Positions 1 to 7,784 of a DNA stretch of 45,332 nucleotides are shown in pieces. The stretch is from IMG/VR virus record IMGVR_UViG_3300005688_000042; one strand, written 5' to 3'. Position 1 is the stretch's first letter; the number at the start of each line of letters is the position of its first letter. A program made the translations under genes and the position numbers. Below the pieces are notes generated by a model, which saw only the letters and a list, made by a program, of their open reading frames with translations, did no database searches and was not told the DNA's origin. The DNA is from a virus (lineage: Duplodnaviria; Heunggongvirae; Uroviricota; Caudoviricetes).

Positions 1-8
1 GTGCGAAA

Positions 9-311
9 ATGCACGAATCATATGTTCCAAGCGAAAAAGATCATAGATATTTTGCAGAACATAAAGAAAACACATTTTGCAAAATTTGCAATACCACATT
101 ACAATTTAAGCAAGAGTTTTATTGTTCTGATGAATGTGCTAAGATAGATAAAAGAACTACCGAAAGACCTTCCAAAGAAGATTTGGTAAGAATGGTTAAA
201 GATATGGGTTATTCTGAAGTTGGTAGATTATACAATGTTTCAGATAACGCCATACGTAAGTGGGTTAAAGCTTATGGCCTTCACCCGAAAACATTTGAAA
301 ATTTGGCTTGA
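9..311 (+). CDS. Zn-finger/HTH protein, probably the C-terminal part of an HNH endonuclease-type gene
   Basis: CKIC...CSDEC zinc knuckle followed by HTH-like 'GYSEVGRLYNVSDNAIRKWVK'; at the window edge, so the true start is uncertain. Confidence 0.55.
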   Translation: MHESYVPSEKDHRYFAEHKENTFCKICNTTLQFKQEFYCSDECAKIDKRTTERPSKEDLVRMVKDMGYSEVGRLYNVSDNAIRKWVKAYGLHPKTFENLA

Positions 312-347
312 CGTTGTACCTAAATAGATGTATGATGTTAGCATAAT

Positions 348-423
348 CTCCGTGTAGCTCAATTGGTAGAGTCCTGCGTTTGGGGCGCAGATGTTGGCGG
401 TTCGAGTCCGTCTACGGAGACCA
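348..423 (+). tRNA. tRNA-Pro(UGG)
   Basis: Full cloverleaf: CTCCGTG/TACGGAG acceptor, CTGCG-TTTGGGG-CGCAG anticodon arm, TTCGAGT T-loop, encoded CCA. Confidence 0.95.
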
Positions 424-432
424 AATTTAAGA

Positions 433-527
433 GGTTCTGTAGTTTAACGGTAGAACACTCACCTTATAAGTGAGCATAGCCGCCAGATTAGCGGACAGTG
501 AAGGTTCGAATCCTTCCAGAACCACCA
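433..527 (+). tRNA. tRNA-Ile(UAU) with a 25-nt variable arm
   Basis: GGTTCTG/CAGAACC acceptor, CTCAC-CTTATAA-GTGAG anticodon arm, variable region 475-499 with CCGC/GCGG stem, TTCGAAT, A73, CCA. Confidence 0.88.
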
Positions 528-547
528 ACTTAACCATTTGAGGATTT

Positions 548-841
548 ATGAATCAAGAACTAAAGCAAAAATTAGAAGACCTTGCAAAATCTCTCAAAGA
601 AGAGCATTATAATACATATGGTATGCCATACCGTTTGGTAGAAATTGCTAATGAAATCAATAACTTAGTAAAAGAATATAGTAACCAAAAAGTCTGGTGG
701 GTTTATGAATATCAGGAAGATGGAGAGGATTTCATATGTTCATATGCTACAAAAGAAGAGGCAGATGCCACTGTTAATCATCTAAAGTCTAGGACATATT
801 CAGACAATTATTTAATTCAAAATATAAGTGACCGTCTATGA
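548..841 (+). CDS. hypothetical protein
   Basis: 97-aa ORF, GAGG RBS, ATGA overlap with the next gene. Confidence 0.7.
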   Translation: MNQELKQKLEDLAKSLKEEHYNTYGMPYRLVEIANEINNLVKEYSNQKVWWVYEYQEDGEDFICSYATKEEADATVNHLKSRTYSDNYLIQNISDRL

Positions 842-1422
842 CAAACCCATTTAACCCCGGATACTACTTTTCTCATGACCTTAAAACAATGGGGTTTAAG
901 CATATTGGTGAAAATGTCTCAATTGCAAAGAATTGTACCATCATTGGAGAAGAGAATATTTCCATTGGCAACAATGTTAGAATTGATGGTTTTACAACAA
1001 TCTCTGCCCATGCTGGAGAATTAACATTAGGTGACTATATTCATATTGGTGGCTATTGTTTCTTGGCTGCTGGTTGTGGTATCATTATGGAAGACTTCTC
1101 TGGATTGTCACAGGGTGTAAAGATTTACAGTAAGAGTGATGATTACAGTGGAAAGTTCTTGACTAATCCAACAGTTCCTGTAGAATATACTAATGTTAAG
1201 AGTGGCTATGTAATTTTACGTAAGCATGTGATCATTGGTTCTGGATCGGTAATCTTGCCGGGTGTTGAAATAGAAGACTTTGCAGCAGTTGGAGCTTTGT
1301 CTCTAGTCACAAAACGATTAAGTGGTTGTTTGATTTATGCTGGTCAACCTGCTAAAGTTGTTGCAGAACGGCATACAAACATGATAGAATTAGAGTTTCT
1401 TCTACGTAAGAAGTATAAATAA
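838..1422 (+). CDS. left-handed beta-helix (hexapeptide repeat) O-/N-acyltransferase, VioB/galactoside acetyltransferase-like
   Basis: Hexapeptide repeats (IGENVSI, IGNNVRI, LGDYIHI, IGSGSVILPGVEI), C-terminal 'YAGQPAK'. Confidence 0.85.
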   Translation: MTNPFNPGYYFSHDLKTMGFKHIGENVSIAKNCTIIGEENISIGNNVRIDGFTTISAHAGELTLGDYIHIGGYCFLAAGCGIIMEDFSGLSQGVKIYSKSDDYSGKFLTNPTVPVEYTNVKSGYVILRKHVIIGSGSVILPGVEIEDFAAVGALSLVTKRLSGCLIYAGQPAKVVAERHTNMIELEFLLRKKYK

Positions 1423-1432
1423 GTAATTATGT

Positions 1433-1509
1433 GGGGTTGTAGCCCAACTGGCAGAGGCGGATCACTCAAAATGATTAGGTTGACGGTTCGAATCCGTCCT
1501 ACCCCACCA
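1433..1509 (+). tRNA. tRNA-Leu(CAA), short variable loop
   Basis: GATCA-CTCAAAA-TGATT anticodon arm, Leu-type D-loop, 5-nt variable loop, A73, CCA. Confidence 0.92.
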
Positions 1510-1518
1510 TAAATCAAT

Positions 1519-1596
1519 GCAGGCGTGGTATAGTGGCTGTGCCCCGGTCTTCCAAATCGGTGATAAAGATGGGTTCGAATCCCATCGCCTGCTCCA
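1519..1596 (+). tRNA. tRNA-Gly(UCC)
   Basis: GCAGGCG acceptor, CCGGT-CTTCCAA-ATCGG anticodon arm, U73, CCA. Confidence 0.93.
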
Positions 1597-1608
1597 ATCT
1601 CATATAAA

Positions 1609-2025
1609 ATGACCAATCTAATCATTCCTACTACTCGTCAGCTTCGCTTCTACAATAGAGCGAAGCTGATTGCGTTGAAGAGCGAGCATGAGAAGCCCAT
1701 GGGCTGTGTGATCGTATCCGGTAACTATGTAGTCTCTGAAGGCTTCAATCGTTTAAAGACTCACCCAATTCAATTTAGGAATGATCGTAAGGTCAACTAT
1801 TACTCACCTTTTGCCAAGATACATGCGGAGATTGATGCACTGATTAGGTCTAAGGATTTCGATCTATCTGGTTGTGAAATCTTCTTGTACCGCCAAGACA
1901 AGCATGGTAGTATTGCTAACAGTAGGCCATGCATCTCTTGTATGCCTGCATTGTCTATAGCTGGGATTAAACATATCTTTTATACTTCAACTGAAGGATT
2001 CTGTTACCATGGTAAAATGGTTTGA
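1609..2025 (+). CDS. zinc-dependent cytidine/dCMP deaminase family protein
   Basis: HAE (IHAEIDAL) and PCxxC (RPCISC) motifs. Confidence 0.85.
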   Translation: MTNLIIPTTRQLRFYNRAKLIALKSEHEKPMGCVIVSGNYVVSEGFNRLKTHPIQFRNDRKVNYYSPFAKIHAEIDALIRSKDFDLSGCEIFLYRQDKHGSIANSRPCISCMPALSIAGIKHIFYTSTEGFCYHGKMV

Positions 2026-2563
2026 TGTAAATTTGAACTGGGCTGACGTCAATAGTTTGTCTATTGAAGTTGGCAAGAAGAACGGTGAACGTTATATTAT
2101 TCTGAATGGCCACAAACATACAAGACAGTCATTACAGAAGAACAAACCATCTAGTTTAGGTGGTACAAGGATGCATCTGTTCGGTTTGGACTTTGTTATC
2201 AAGGTAGATTCTCCAAGATTGTATAAGGAGAATTACATGACTACTAGACGCAAACAATCTAATGCTGAATATGAAGTTTGGAAAACTATAGAAGAGAAAG
2301 ACCGCAAATATTTTGCGGAAGTCATCGCTTACGAAAAGAATAAGTACATTGTGTTCCGCAGGTACCCAGATATCGATAATATTAATACACCATTACAGAA
2401 GATTCGTAAGAGACATATTGATAAAGTCGAATCTCTTACTATGAAATATGATATCTGTGATGTGAATACTGATTGGTATAAAGGATATGAGACGCACAAT
2501 TGGTGTTTGGTTGATGGTAAACCATTGATCTTTGATTATGGATTCTCAGACGTGTATGACTAA
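2009..2563 (+). CDS. protein-kinase-like fold protein
   Basis: Gly-loop-like LGGTR, 'FVIKV' catalytic Lys, D...N and 'PLIFDYG' DFG-like motif. Confidence 0.6.
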   Translation: MVKWFDVNLNWADVNSLSIEVGKKNGERYIILNGHKHTRQSLQKNKPSSLGGTRMHLFGLDFVIKVDSPRLYKENYMTTRRKQSNAEYEVWKTIEEKDRKYFAEVIAYEKNKYIVFRRYPDIDNINTPLQKIRKRHIDKVESLTMKYDICDVNTDWYKGYETHNWCLVDGKPLIFDYGFSDVYD

Positions 2564-2960
2564 ATTTAATGTACACGATCATGTAAAGAGGGTCACCTCA
2601 TCATGTACATATTCTTCCATGAGTGGAATACCATTGGAAGAGATTCTAAAAATGAACAGATTGGATATTGCTCACGATATCACTCGTGATTTTCTACATG
2701 TTGAAGTAGTTAAAGAACCATCTAACAATTATAATTATAACACTCACATATATCATGACACAAAGGTAAACACAGAGATATTTCTAATATCTAGAGAGAT
2801 GTTCTATAACATAGAACATTTCAACATCATGATGGAAGACCTTGAACGTAGAGAGGAGGAAGTAAGGAAGAAAGAGAAAGAATTCAAGAAACTCAAGAAT
2901 GATCTCAAGCACATTAACGAACTTTCCAAAAACGTAAATCAATTATTTAAAGGATTATAA
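2556..2960 (+). CDS. hypothetical protein with C-terminal coiled coil
   Basis: ORF; start moved to MTKFNV. Confidence 0.6.
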   Translation: MTKFNVHDHVKRVTSSCTYSSMSGIPLEEILKMNRLDIAHDITRDFLHVEVVKEPSNNYNYNTHIYHDTKVNTEIFLISREMFYNIEHFNIMMEDLERREEEVRKKEKEFKKLKNDLKHINELSKNVNQLFKGL

Positions 2961-2963
2961 CCA

Positions 2964-3218
2964 ATGACTAACTCACAATTGACCAATGCAATGCACACCA
3001 ATGAAATCGTTAAGGCAATGCTTGTAATGGATCGTAGGGGACTACCTACCGATAGTGATAGAGCTAAAGCTTCACAGATCATGCTTAAGGACGCAAACCT
3101 CCTAGAGAGTACATTCTACCCAATCACTGGACTGATGCTAGTGGAGGGCTTCTCAAACGAAGTTAAACGATTGGTAGAGTCACCTTACATATCAAACGCT
3201 AGTCTGGTAACAGACTAA
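2964..3218 (+). CDS. hypothetical protein
   Basis: 84-aa ORF ending at a terminator. Confidence 0.6.
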   Translation: MTNSQLTNAMHTNEIVKAMLVMDRRGLPTDSDRAKASQIMLKDANLLESTFYPITGLMLVEGFSNEVKRLVESPYISNASLVTD

Positions 3219-3220
3219 AG

Positions 3221-3252
3221 AAAAAGGGGAAGCCAGTGGCTTCCCCTTTTTT
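3221..3252. terminator. bidirectional intrinsic terminator
   Basis: AAAAAGGGGAAGCC-AGT-GGCTTCCCCTTTTTT between convergent genes. Confidence 0.9.
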
Positions 3253-3255
3253 GTA

Positions 3256-3813
3256 TCACTTGATGCTGAATGCTCTAGCTCTTTCGATCAATTCGTTAAA
3301 CCATGCTGGATAACCAATCTCGACAATTTCATCGTAGGTCATCGGTCCCAACACTTGCTTCATATCACCGTCCCGATCATGTAGATAACCGAACGTGATT
3401 GTATATTGTTCGTACCAATCAGCGTGGACTTCAATACCGAGCGCGTAACCTTCCTTGGACATGAACCCGGCAAGTAGACCAGTTTCCTTATAAGTATTTT
3501 CCATCACTGTAACATCGCGCTCTTGCCGTGCCATCATCGTTTCAATAAACTTGTTAGAAAACAATGACTTACACTTGAGCATCCGAGTGATCTGATTGCG
3601 TTGAATCTGCAAGCTATCATCTACAACCGAGTCCAGATTGTTTTTAGCCTGAGCATCCTCGCAGATTTTACGCTGATCTTCTGCATACTTTTCCGCAGCG
3701 ACCTCATAGCTAGTTTTCATTGTAAAGAACTTGGAAGCCTTCTCTCCAACATTAGCCTTGACTTTCTTTACAAGAGAGTTGACCGCATCTGAGAAGCTGA
3801 AACCGTTTTGCAT
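3256..3813 (-). CDS. hypothetical protein
   Basis: 185-aa ORF with GGAG RBS and upstream TTGCCA-17-TATCTT promoter. Confidence 0.75.
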   Translation of the reverse strand: MQNGFSFSDAVNSLVKKVKANVGEKASKFFTMKTSYEVAAEKYAEDQRKICEDAQAKNNLDSVVDDSLQIQRNQITRMLKCKSLFSNKFIETMMARQERDVTVMENTYKETGLLAGFMSKEGYALGIEVHADWYEQYTITFGYLHDRDGDMKQVLGPMTYDEIVEIGYPAWFNELIERARAFSIK

Positions 3814-4057
3814 TTCCTATCTCCTAAATGACATTGCCAGCATAAGATATCATAACTATCCTATGCTGGCAACAAGTTTTTTGTAACAGTTTTGTTTAGA
3901 ACTGTGACACTGCGTTAAACATTACTGTAATAATGAATCCACCAAGTGCGAGAGCGATAATGGGCATCGCAACGTCCTGCCAGTTGTTAAGTAAATTTCT
4001 CACGATTGTTTCTCCTAAAGTTGTGAGTCCATATTTAGCCAGAACTCACTAGAGCAC

Positions 4058-4273
4058 TCAACCTAACTTCTTCCAATATATTGTACAATAATCACCTTCA
4101 ACATTCATACAATGTTCACATTCACAGGACCAATCTGTTTCCCATTCCCACTTTTCACCATTTTCAGCTATAAACATATGTGGACCATCGTGGGTGTCTG
4201 GTAATACACAACCATTCTCGTCATGCGGAAACGCATATGGTGACTGCCAGTGCAATATACCACATTCACTCAT
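4058..4273 (-). CDS. Cys/His-rich hypothetical protein
   Basis: Start moved to MSECG; CxCxxC cluster. Confidence 0.6.
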   Translation of the reverse strand: MSECGILHWQSPYAFPHDENGCVLPDTHDGPHMFIAENGEKWEWETDWSCECEHCMNVEGDYCTIYWKKLG

Positions 4274-4384
4274 TGGTTGGAGTTTTCTTATGCTTTTCTT
4301 TACGTGAATACTGCGCCTTGCGATCACGATGCACGGCGAACTTGTTGAATTTGTTCATGTTCTTCGCAACTGGAGAGTTCTTGA

Positions 4385-4582
4385 TCACTGTAGCACCTTT
4401 TTAATAGGAGAGGGTTTATAATCACCAAAGCGAACGCCGAACCTATCATTCCTGAAATACACTTCGCCACAAGGTGTGCGTTCACCTTTAGGAATCAGTA
4501 TAACAGAATTCGCAGAAGATGCAAAGACTTCTTCACGCGATACGTTCATAATGCCCAAGATATCACCACGTTGTTCATGCAT
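4385..4582 (-). CDS. hypothetical protein
   Basis: 65-aa ORF with GGAG RBS. Confidence 0.6.
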   Translation of the reverse strand: MHEQRGDILGIMNVSREEVFASSANSVILIPKGERTPCGEVYFRNDRFGVRFGDYKPSPIKKVLQ

Positions 4583-4593
4583 TGTTCATTCTC

Positions 4594-4770
4594 CTATGGT
4601 TGTGTTACACGATAGAAATAATATTTAGCATAAAATGGATATCCATTTGCATTATGAGACAATGGAATGACAGTTGTCAATATCCAACCACTGTTAGCAT
4701 ACTTATTTAAGAAGTTCTGCTCATCCCATGCCTCTTTATGATACTCAGTCATAAAACAATGATCAATCAT
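4594..4770 (-). CDS. DUF4177-like small protein
   Basis: 'LNKYANSGWILTTVIP...YYFYR' pattern. Confidence 0.5.
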   Translation of the reverse strand: MIDHCFMTEYHKEAWDEQNFLNKYANSGWILTTVIPLSHNANGYPFYAKYYFYRVTQP

Positions 4771-5212
4771 TTTCAAGTTCCCTGATGTATTGTTCGACTT
4801 TAACAAATGCCCTTTGGTATTTCACCATTCGTTCCACATCTTTATCAGTAAGACCTTTAAGTCTAGTGATATCTGAGTTATCGCGCAAGTCTTCGCGTTT
4901 AACTTTCAATGCATCGATATTATTATACATCATATCGATATATCTTTCGTATGAAATACCTTTAGTGTGAGTCAGTAGCATTAGCGCATTGACCACACGT
5001 TCGTTAAAACCATCATCAAGAAGGCTCTGGAACGTCCTATTAGAGTCTTCTACCACATCATGTAGTACAGCGATAGACATTAGTTCTTCATCGTGTGTAC
5101 GAAGCCTCATAGCGATGCGTAGAGGATGCAGAATATAGGAGTGCCCACCTTTGTCAGTTTTGTTGAAATGCGCTTCTACAGCGATCTGGAGGGCTTTGGA
5201 GAAGGTAGCCAT
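4763..5212 (-). CDS. HD-domain (p)ppGpp hydrolase-like protein (Mesh1/SpoT-hydrolase type)
   Basis: 'AVEAH..KTDKGGHSYILHPLRIA' and 'AVLHDVVEDS' motifs; no synthetase domain. Confidence 0.85.
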   Translation of the reverse strand: MATFSKALQIAVEAHFNKTDKGGHSYILHPLRIAMRLRTHDEELMSIAVLHDVVEDSNRTFQSLLDDGFNERVVNALMLLTHTKGISYERYIDMMYNNIDALKVKREDLRDNSDITRLKGLTDKDVERMVKYQRAFVKVEQYIRELEND

Positions 5213-5437
5213 AAAAAGAAAGTCCCTGTTAAATTGAAGTAAGTTTATCTTACCGCAACTCAACAGGGACTGTCAACCACTATTTGTCTTCTTCAGAACC
5301 CGGACATGCTTGTCTAACTTTTTTATCAGTCTTAGGGTTGTTGAATCGGATAAGCCCACATTTAGCACATACTGCCCAAGGGATTCCCTTCATTCCAGTA
5401 TTATACCATTCGTGAGATTTCTTTGCGCTCATTACAG

Positions 5438-5686
5438 TTACTTCTTATTGCAGATTTGCTTACCGTGCTCATCCATTCTTGGTGTAATTCCACCACCAGC
5501 AACAGATAGGTACTGACAACCAGTTAAAGCATCTACATGTGGTTGCATATGACTGATTTCATCTGGACCATCCGTATCGTCAGGAAAATATTTTACTTGA
5601 ACCCAACTAACAATTGGTGTTGCTACGAAAAAATAGATGACAGTGAACCAAAATAGATCGTTCTTTATCTTTTCCCAGACTTCCAT
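5438..5686 (-). CDS. membrane-anchored hypothetical protein
   Basis: N-terminal TM segment, C-terminal 'DALTGCQYL...GGGITPRMD' motif. Confidence 0.65.
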   Translation of the reverse strand: MEVWEKIKNDLFWFTVIYFFVATPIVSWVQVKYFPDDTDGPDEISHMQPHVDALTGCQYLSVAGGGITPRMDEHGKQICNKK

Positions 5687-5688
5687 GG

Positions 5689-5886
5689 TTATGTTACCAA
5701 TTCACCTTGTTCATTCATCAAGTAGACATCTGGGCGATTCCATTCCTTTACAAGGTTCTTATGGACCTCACCGTTAGTCATTCTATTACCGTCTACAGTC
5801 TGAACCAACTTGAATGGATCGAACTGATAACGAGTTCCAGAGTTGAAAAACTGCCAATAGGTCTTGCGTAAAATTGGTTTCTGCAT
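5689..5886 (-). CDS. hypothetical protein
   Basis: 65-aa ORF in a tightly packed operon. Confidence 0.55.
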   Translation of the reverse strand: MQKPILRKTYWQFFNSGTRYQFDPFKLVQTVDGNRMTNGEVHKNLVKEWNRPDVYLMNEQGELVT

Positions 5887-5900
5887 TTTATTTCCTTACT

Positions 5901-6128
5901 TTAGTTATTATTTAGTTTAGTGAAAGTAGGGACCAATTCATTGTATGCGAACTGCTCCAGACCAAATATAGCACACTGATGACCAGACTGCAACTTTGTT
6001 TTAACATAATTTTCCACCTCAGACTCATCCATTATCTGGAAATCGCGAGTTACTCCATATGTTTTATTAATGTCTTTCATGTATGTGGTAATATTGGATT
6101 TTGTACTCATTACAACTTTGATAGTCAT
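5901..6128 (-). CDS. hypothetical protein
   Basis: 75-aa ORF abutting the SleB-like gene. Confidence 0.55.
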   Translation of the reverse strand: MTIKVVMSTKSNITTYMKDINKTYGVTRDFQIMDESEVENYVKTKLQSGHQCAIFGLEQFAYNELVPTFTKLNNN

Positions 6129-6758
6129 TTACGTTTCCTCATAAAAGATATGATCACCAATCTTAGCCAGACGCTTGAGTTTACTGTAATCCCATTTTGG
6201 GGACACATAGTCAGCGTGGAACATTGTAGCCCCCTTTATAACAGGATCGACACGACCAAGCAAGGCATCTTCTGCAACTTTTTGCGCACGATTCCAAGCG
6301 GCTAGTTCTTCTTTAGAGGCAAGATTGGGATTGTCAGACTTGCCATCACACTTCCACGAAAACTGGCACACACCACGTTTACGTTGTTCTGAGACAACTC
6401 CACAGATAGTAGGCGGATAGTTTTTTCGTTTAACACGTTCTAGGGTGACGACTGCAATTGCCTGTTTACCCACCTTTGGCTGATTGCGAGCCTCAAAGTA
6501 GATATTCTTGACCAGACAATTATACTCTTTTTCATTGATGTATACAATGTTTTCTTTGACCACAATTTCAGCTTCAGCGTGAACTACACGCAACCGATCT
6601 TCAATTTCATCTGCTGAATAAAACTTTGGTTTTGGTAATTCCACACTCTGCTGGTGGAATGTAATTTTAGGGTTGAAATCTGAAAGCAAGATCATAAAAC
6701 CGATCTGTGTGATTGCCAACATGATGACAATGGAACGAAGAAGTACCTTCGTGTACAT
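6129..6758 (-). CDS. SleB/CwlJ-like cell wall hydrolase (Hydrolase_2)
   Basis: 'CLVKNIYFEARNQ', 'TICGVV', 'CQFSW', 'GATMFHADYVSPKW', 'IGDHIFY'; N-terminal TM. Confidence 0.9.
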   Translation of the reverse strand: MYTKVLLRSIVIMLAITQIGFMILLSDFNPKITFHQQSVELPKPKFYSADEIEDRLRVVHAEAEIVVKENIVYINEKEYNCLVKNIYFEARNQPKVGKQAIAVVTLERVKRKNYPPTICGVVSEQRKRGVCQFSWKCDGKSDNPNLASKEELAAWNRAQKVAEDALLGRVDPVIKGATMFHADYVSPKWDYSKLKRLAKIGDHIFYEET

Positions 6759-6827
6759 TTCTTTCTCCTGTTGTTAGAGTGTATATTTATATTACACCAG
6801 AACTTATGTCCTGTCAAGAGGGAATTT

Positions 6828-6904
6828 TGGTGGCTGGGGGAGGATTCGAACCTCCGATCTCAATCTTATCAGGATTGCGCCCTAGACCGCTAGGCTACCC
6901 GGCC
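6828..6904 (-). tRNA. tRNA-Ile(GAU)
   Basis: CAATC-CTGATAA-GATTG anticodon arm, full cloverleaf, CCA. Confidence 0.95.
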
Positions 6905-7015
6905 ATCATATCAAAGAATTTCGCAAATTGCTAGGAGAACTGTACTCCCGGATACGTTTTTTTACTTTTGGCGTAAGGTACGCTACCTGCCACAGTTTTA
7001 ATTATTTGCGAAAAT

Positions 7016-7102
7016 TGGAGCCGCCCACAGGATTCAAACCTGCGATGGACTTTCGTCGTCACCTTACAAAAGTGCTCCCTTCAATCTCTCGGGCAAGGCG
7101 GC
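7016..7102 (-). tRNA. tRNA-Thr(UGU) with a long variable arm (atypical)
   Basis: GCCGCCT/GGGCGGC acceptor (C2:G71), loop TTTGTAA, 15-nt variable arm with GAC-GAAA-GTC, T-loop TTTGAAT, CCA. Confidence 0.75.
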
Positions 7103-7111
7103 ATTACAATT

Positions 7112-7188
7112 TGGGGGAGATGGAGGTATTCGAAACCTCTCCTTTACTGTCACAGAGTAATATGCGAAACCATTACAATACATCTCCC
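7112..7188 (-). tRNA. tRNA-His(GUG)
   Basis: G-1:C73 pair, TTACT-CTGTGAC-AGTAA anticodon arm, CCA. Confidence 0.93.
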
Positions 7189-7211
7189 ACTGAAATATTT
7201 TACAACTAATT

Positions 7212-7291
7212 TGGTAGCGCAGGGGGGACTTGAACCCAACCATCCGCAGAGATTATGAGTCTCGCCTTCTGCCAATTGAATGTACCGCGCG
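7212..7291 (-). tRNA. tRNA-Met(CAU), atypical
   Basis: Loop CTCATAA; C1.U72 mismatch but no GGG/CCC anticodon stem; T-stem with two mismatches; CCA. Confidence 0.7.
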
Positions 7292-7300
7292 TCAAATTTT

Positions 7301-7379
7301 TGGTGGAGTATATCGGTAACTCTCCGATCTGAATTCCGCAGTGCAAGTGCAGCGACCACCATATGCAGTCCCATACCCC
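7301..7379 (-). tRNA. tRNA-Ala(UGC) with non-canonical T-loop
   Basis: G3.U70 pair, CTGCA-CTTGCAC-TGCGG anticodon arm, T-loop AGAGTTA, CCA. Confidence 0.85.
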
Positions 7380-7501
7380 AAATATCTTGTAAATCTATTT
7401 ATCTAATTAAGCATGTCGTCCAAAATGCCCACTTATTTTGAACTAACCCTTCTTTCTTCATAGAGCTGGATGCTATTAGGCTAAACATGCTTAAATAATT
7501 C

Positions 7502-7578
7502 TGGTGGCGCGTGTAGGAATCGAACCTACTCAATATCCGTCTTGTAAGGGCGGCGCTTTCCCACTAAGCTAACGAGCC
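7502..7578 (-). tRNA. tRNA-Val(UAC)
   Basis: Loop CTTACAA, TTCGATT T-loop, CCA. Confidence 0.9.
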
Positions 7579-7588
7579 AAAATCTTTA

Positions 7589-7661
7589 TCAGGGATGTAG
7601 GATTTGAACCTACGATACGAGAGTCCAGGTCTCGGATGTTACCAGACTACATTAATCCCTG
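7589..7661 (-). tRNA. tRNA-Pro(UGG), second copy, atypical loop, no encoded CCA
   Basis: C1:G72 and A73 (Pro identity), CGAGA-CCTGGAC-TCTCG (C33, A37). Confidence 0.75.
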
Positions 7662-7784
7662 TGATTTTTATATTTAGAGATATTACAAATCTAAAAATTC
7701 TTAATGTTGTGTAAGAGTAAACCAGAAGAGAAGGATGCGTTTAAAAGGAAACATCTATCTTACACAACATGAAAAATTCTAAAT

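Noticed and set aside
4385-4582. FliN/SPOA-like 'GEVYFRNDRFGVR' motif
   Set aside because: Only a short match; the rest of the domain pattern is absent.
6926-7000. Additional degenerate tRNA (UUAC-GCCAAAA-GUAA hairpin)
   Set aside because: No T-loop or acceptor stem; reported only as a stem-closed spacer.
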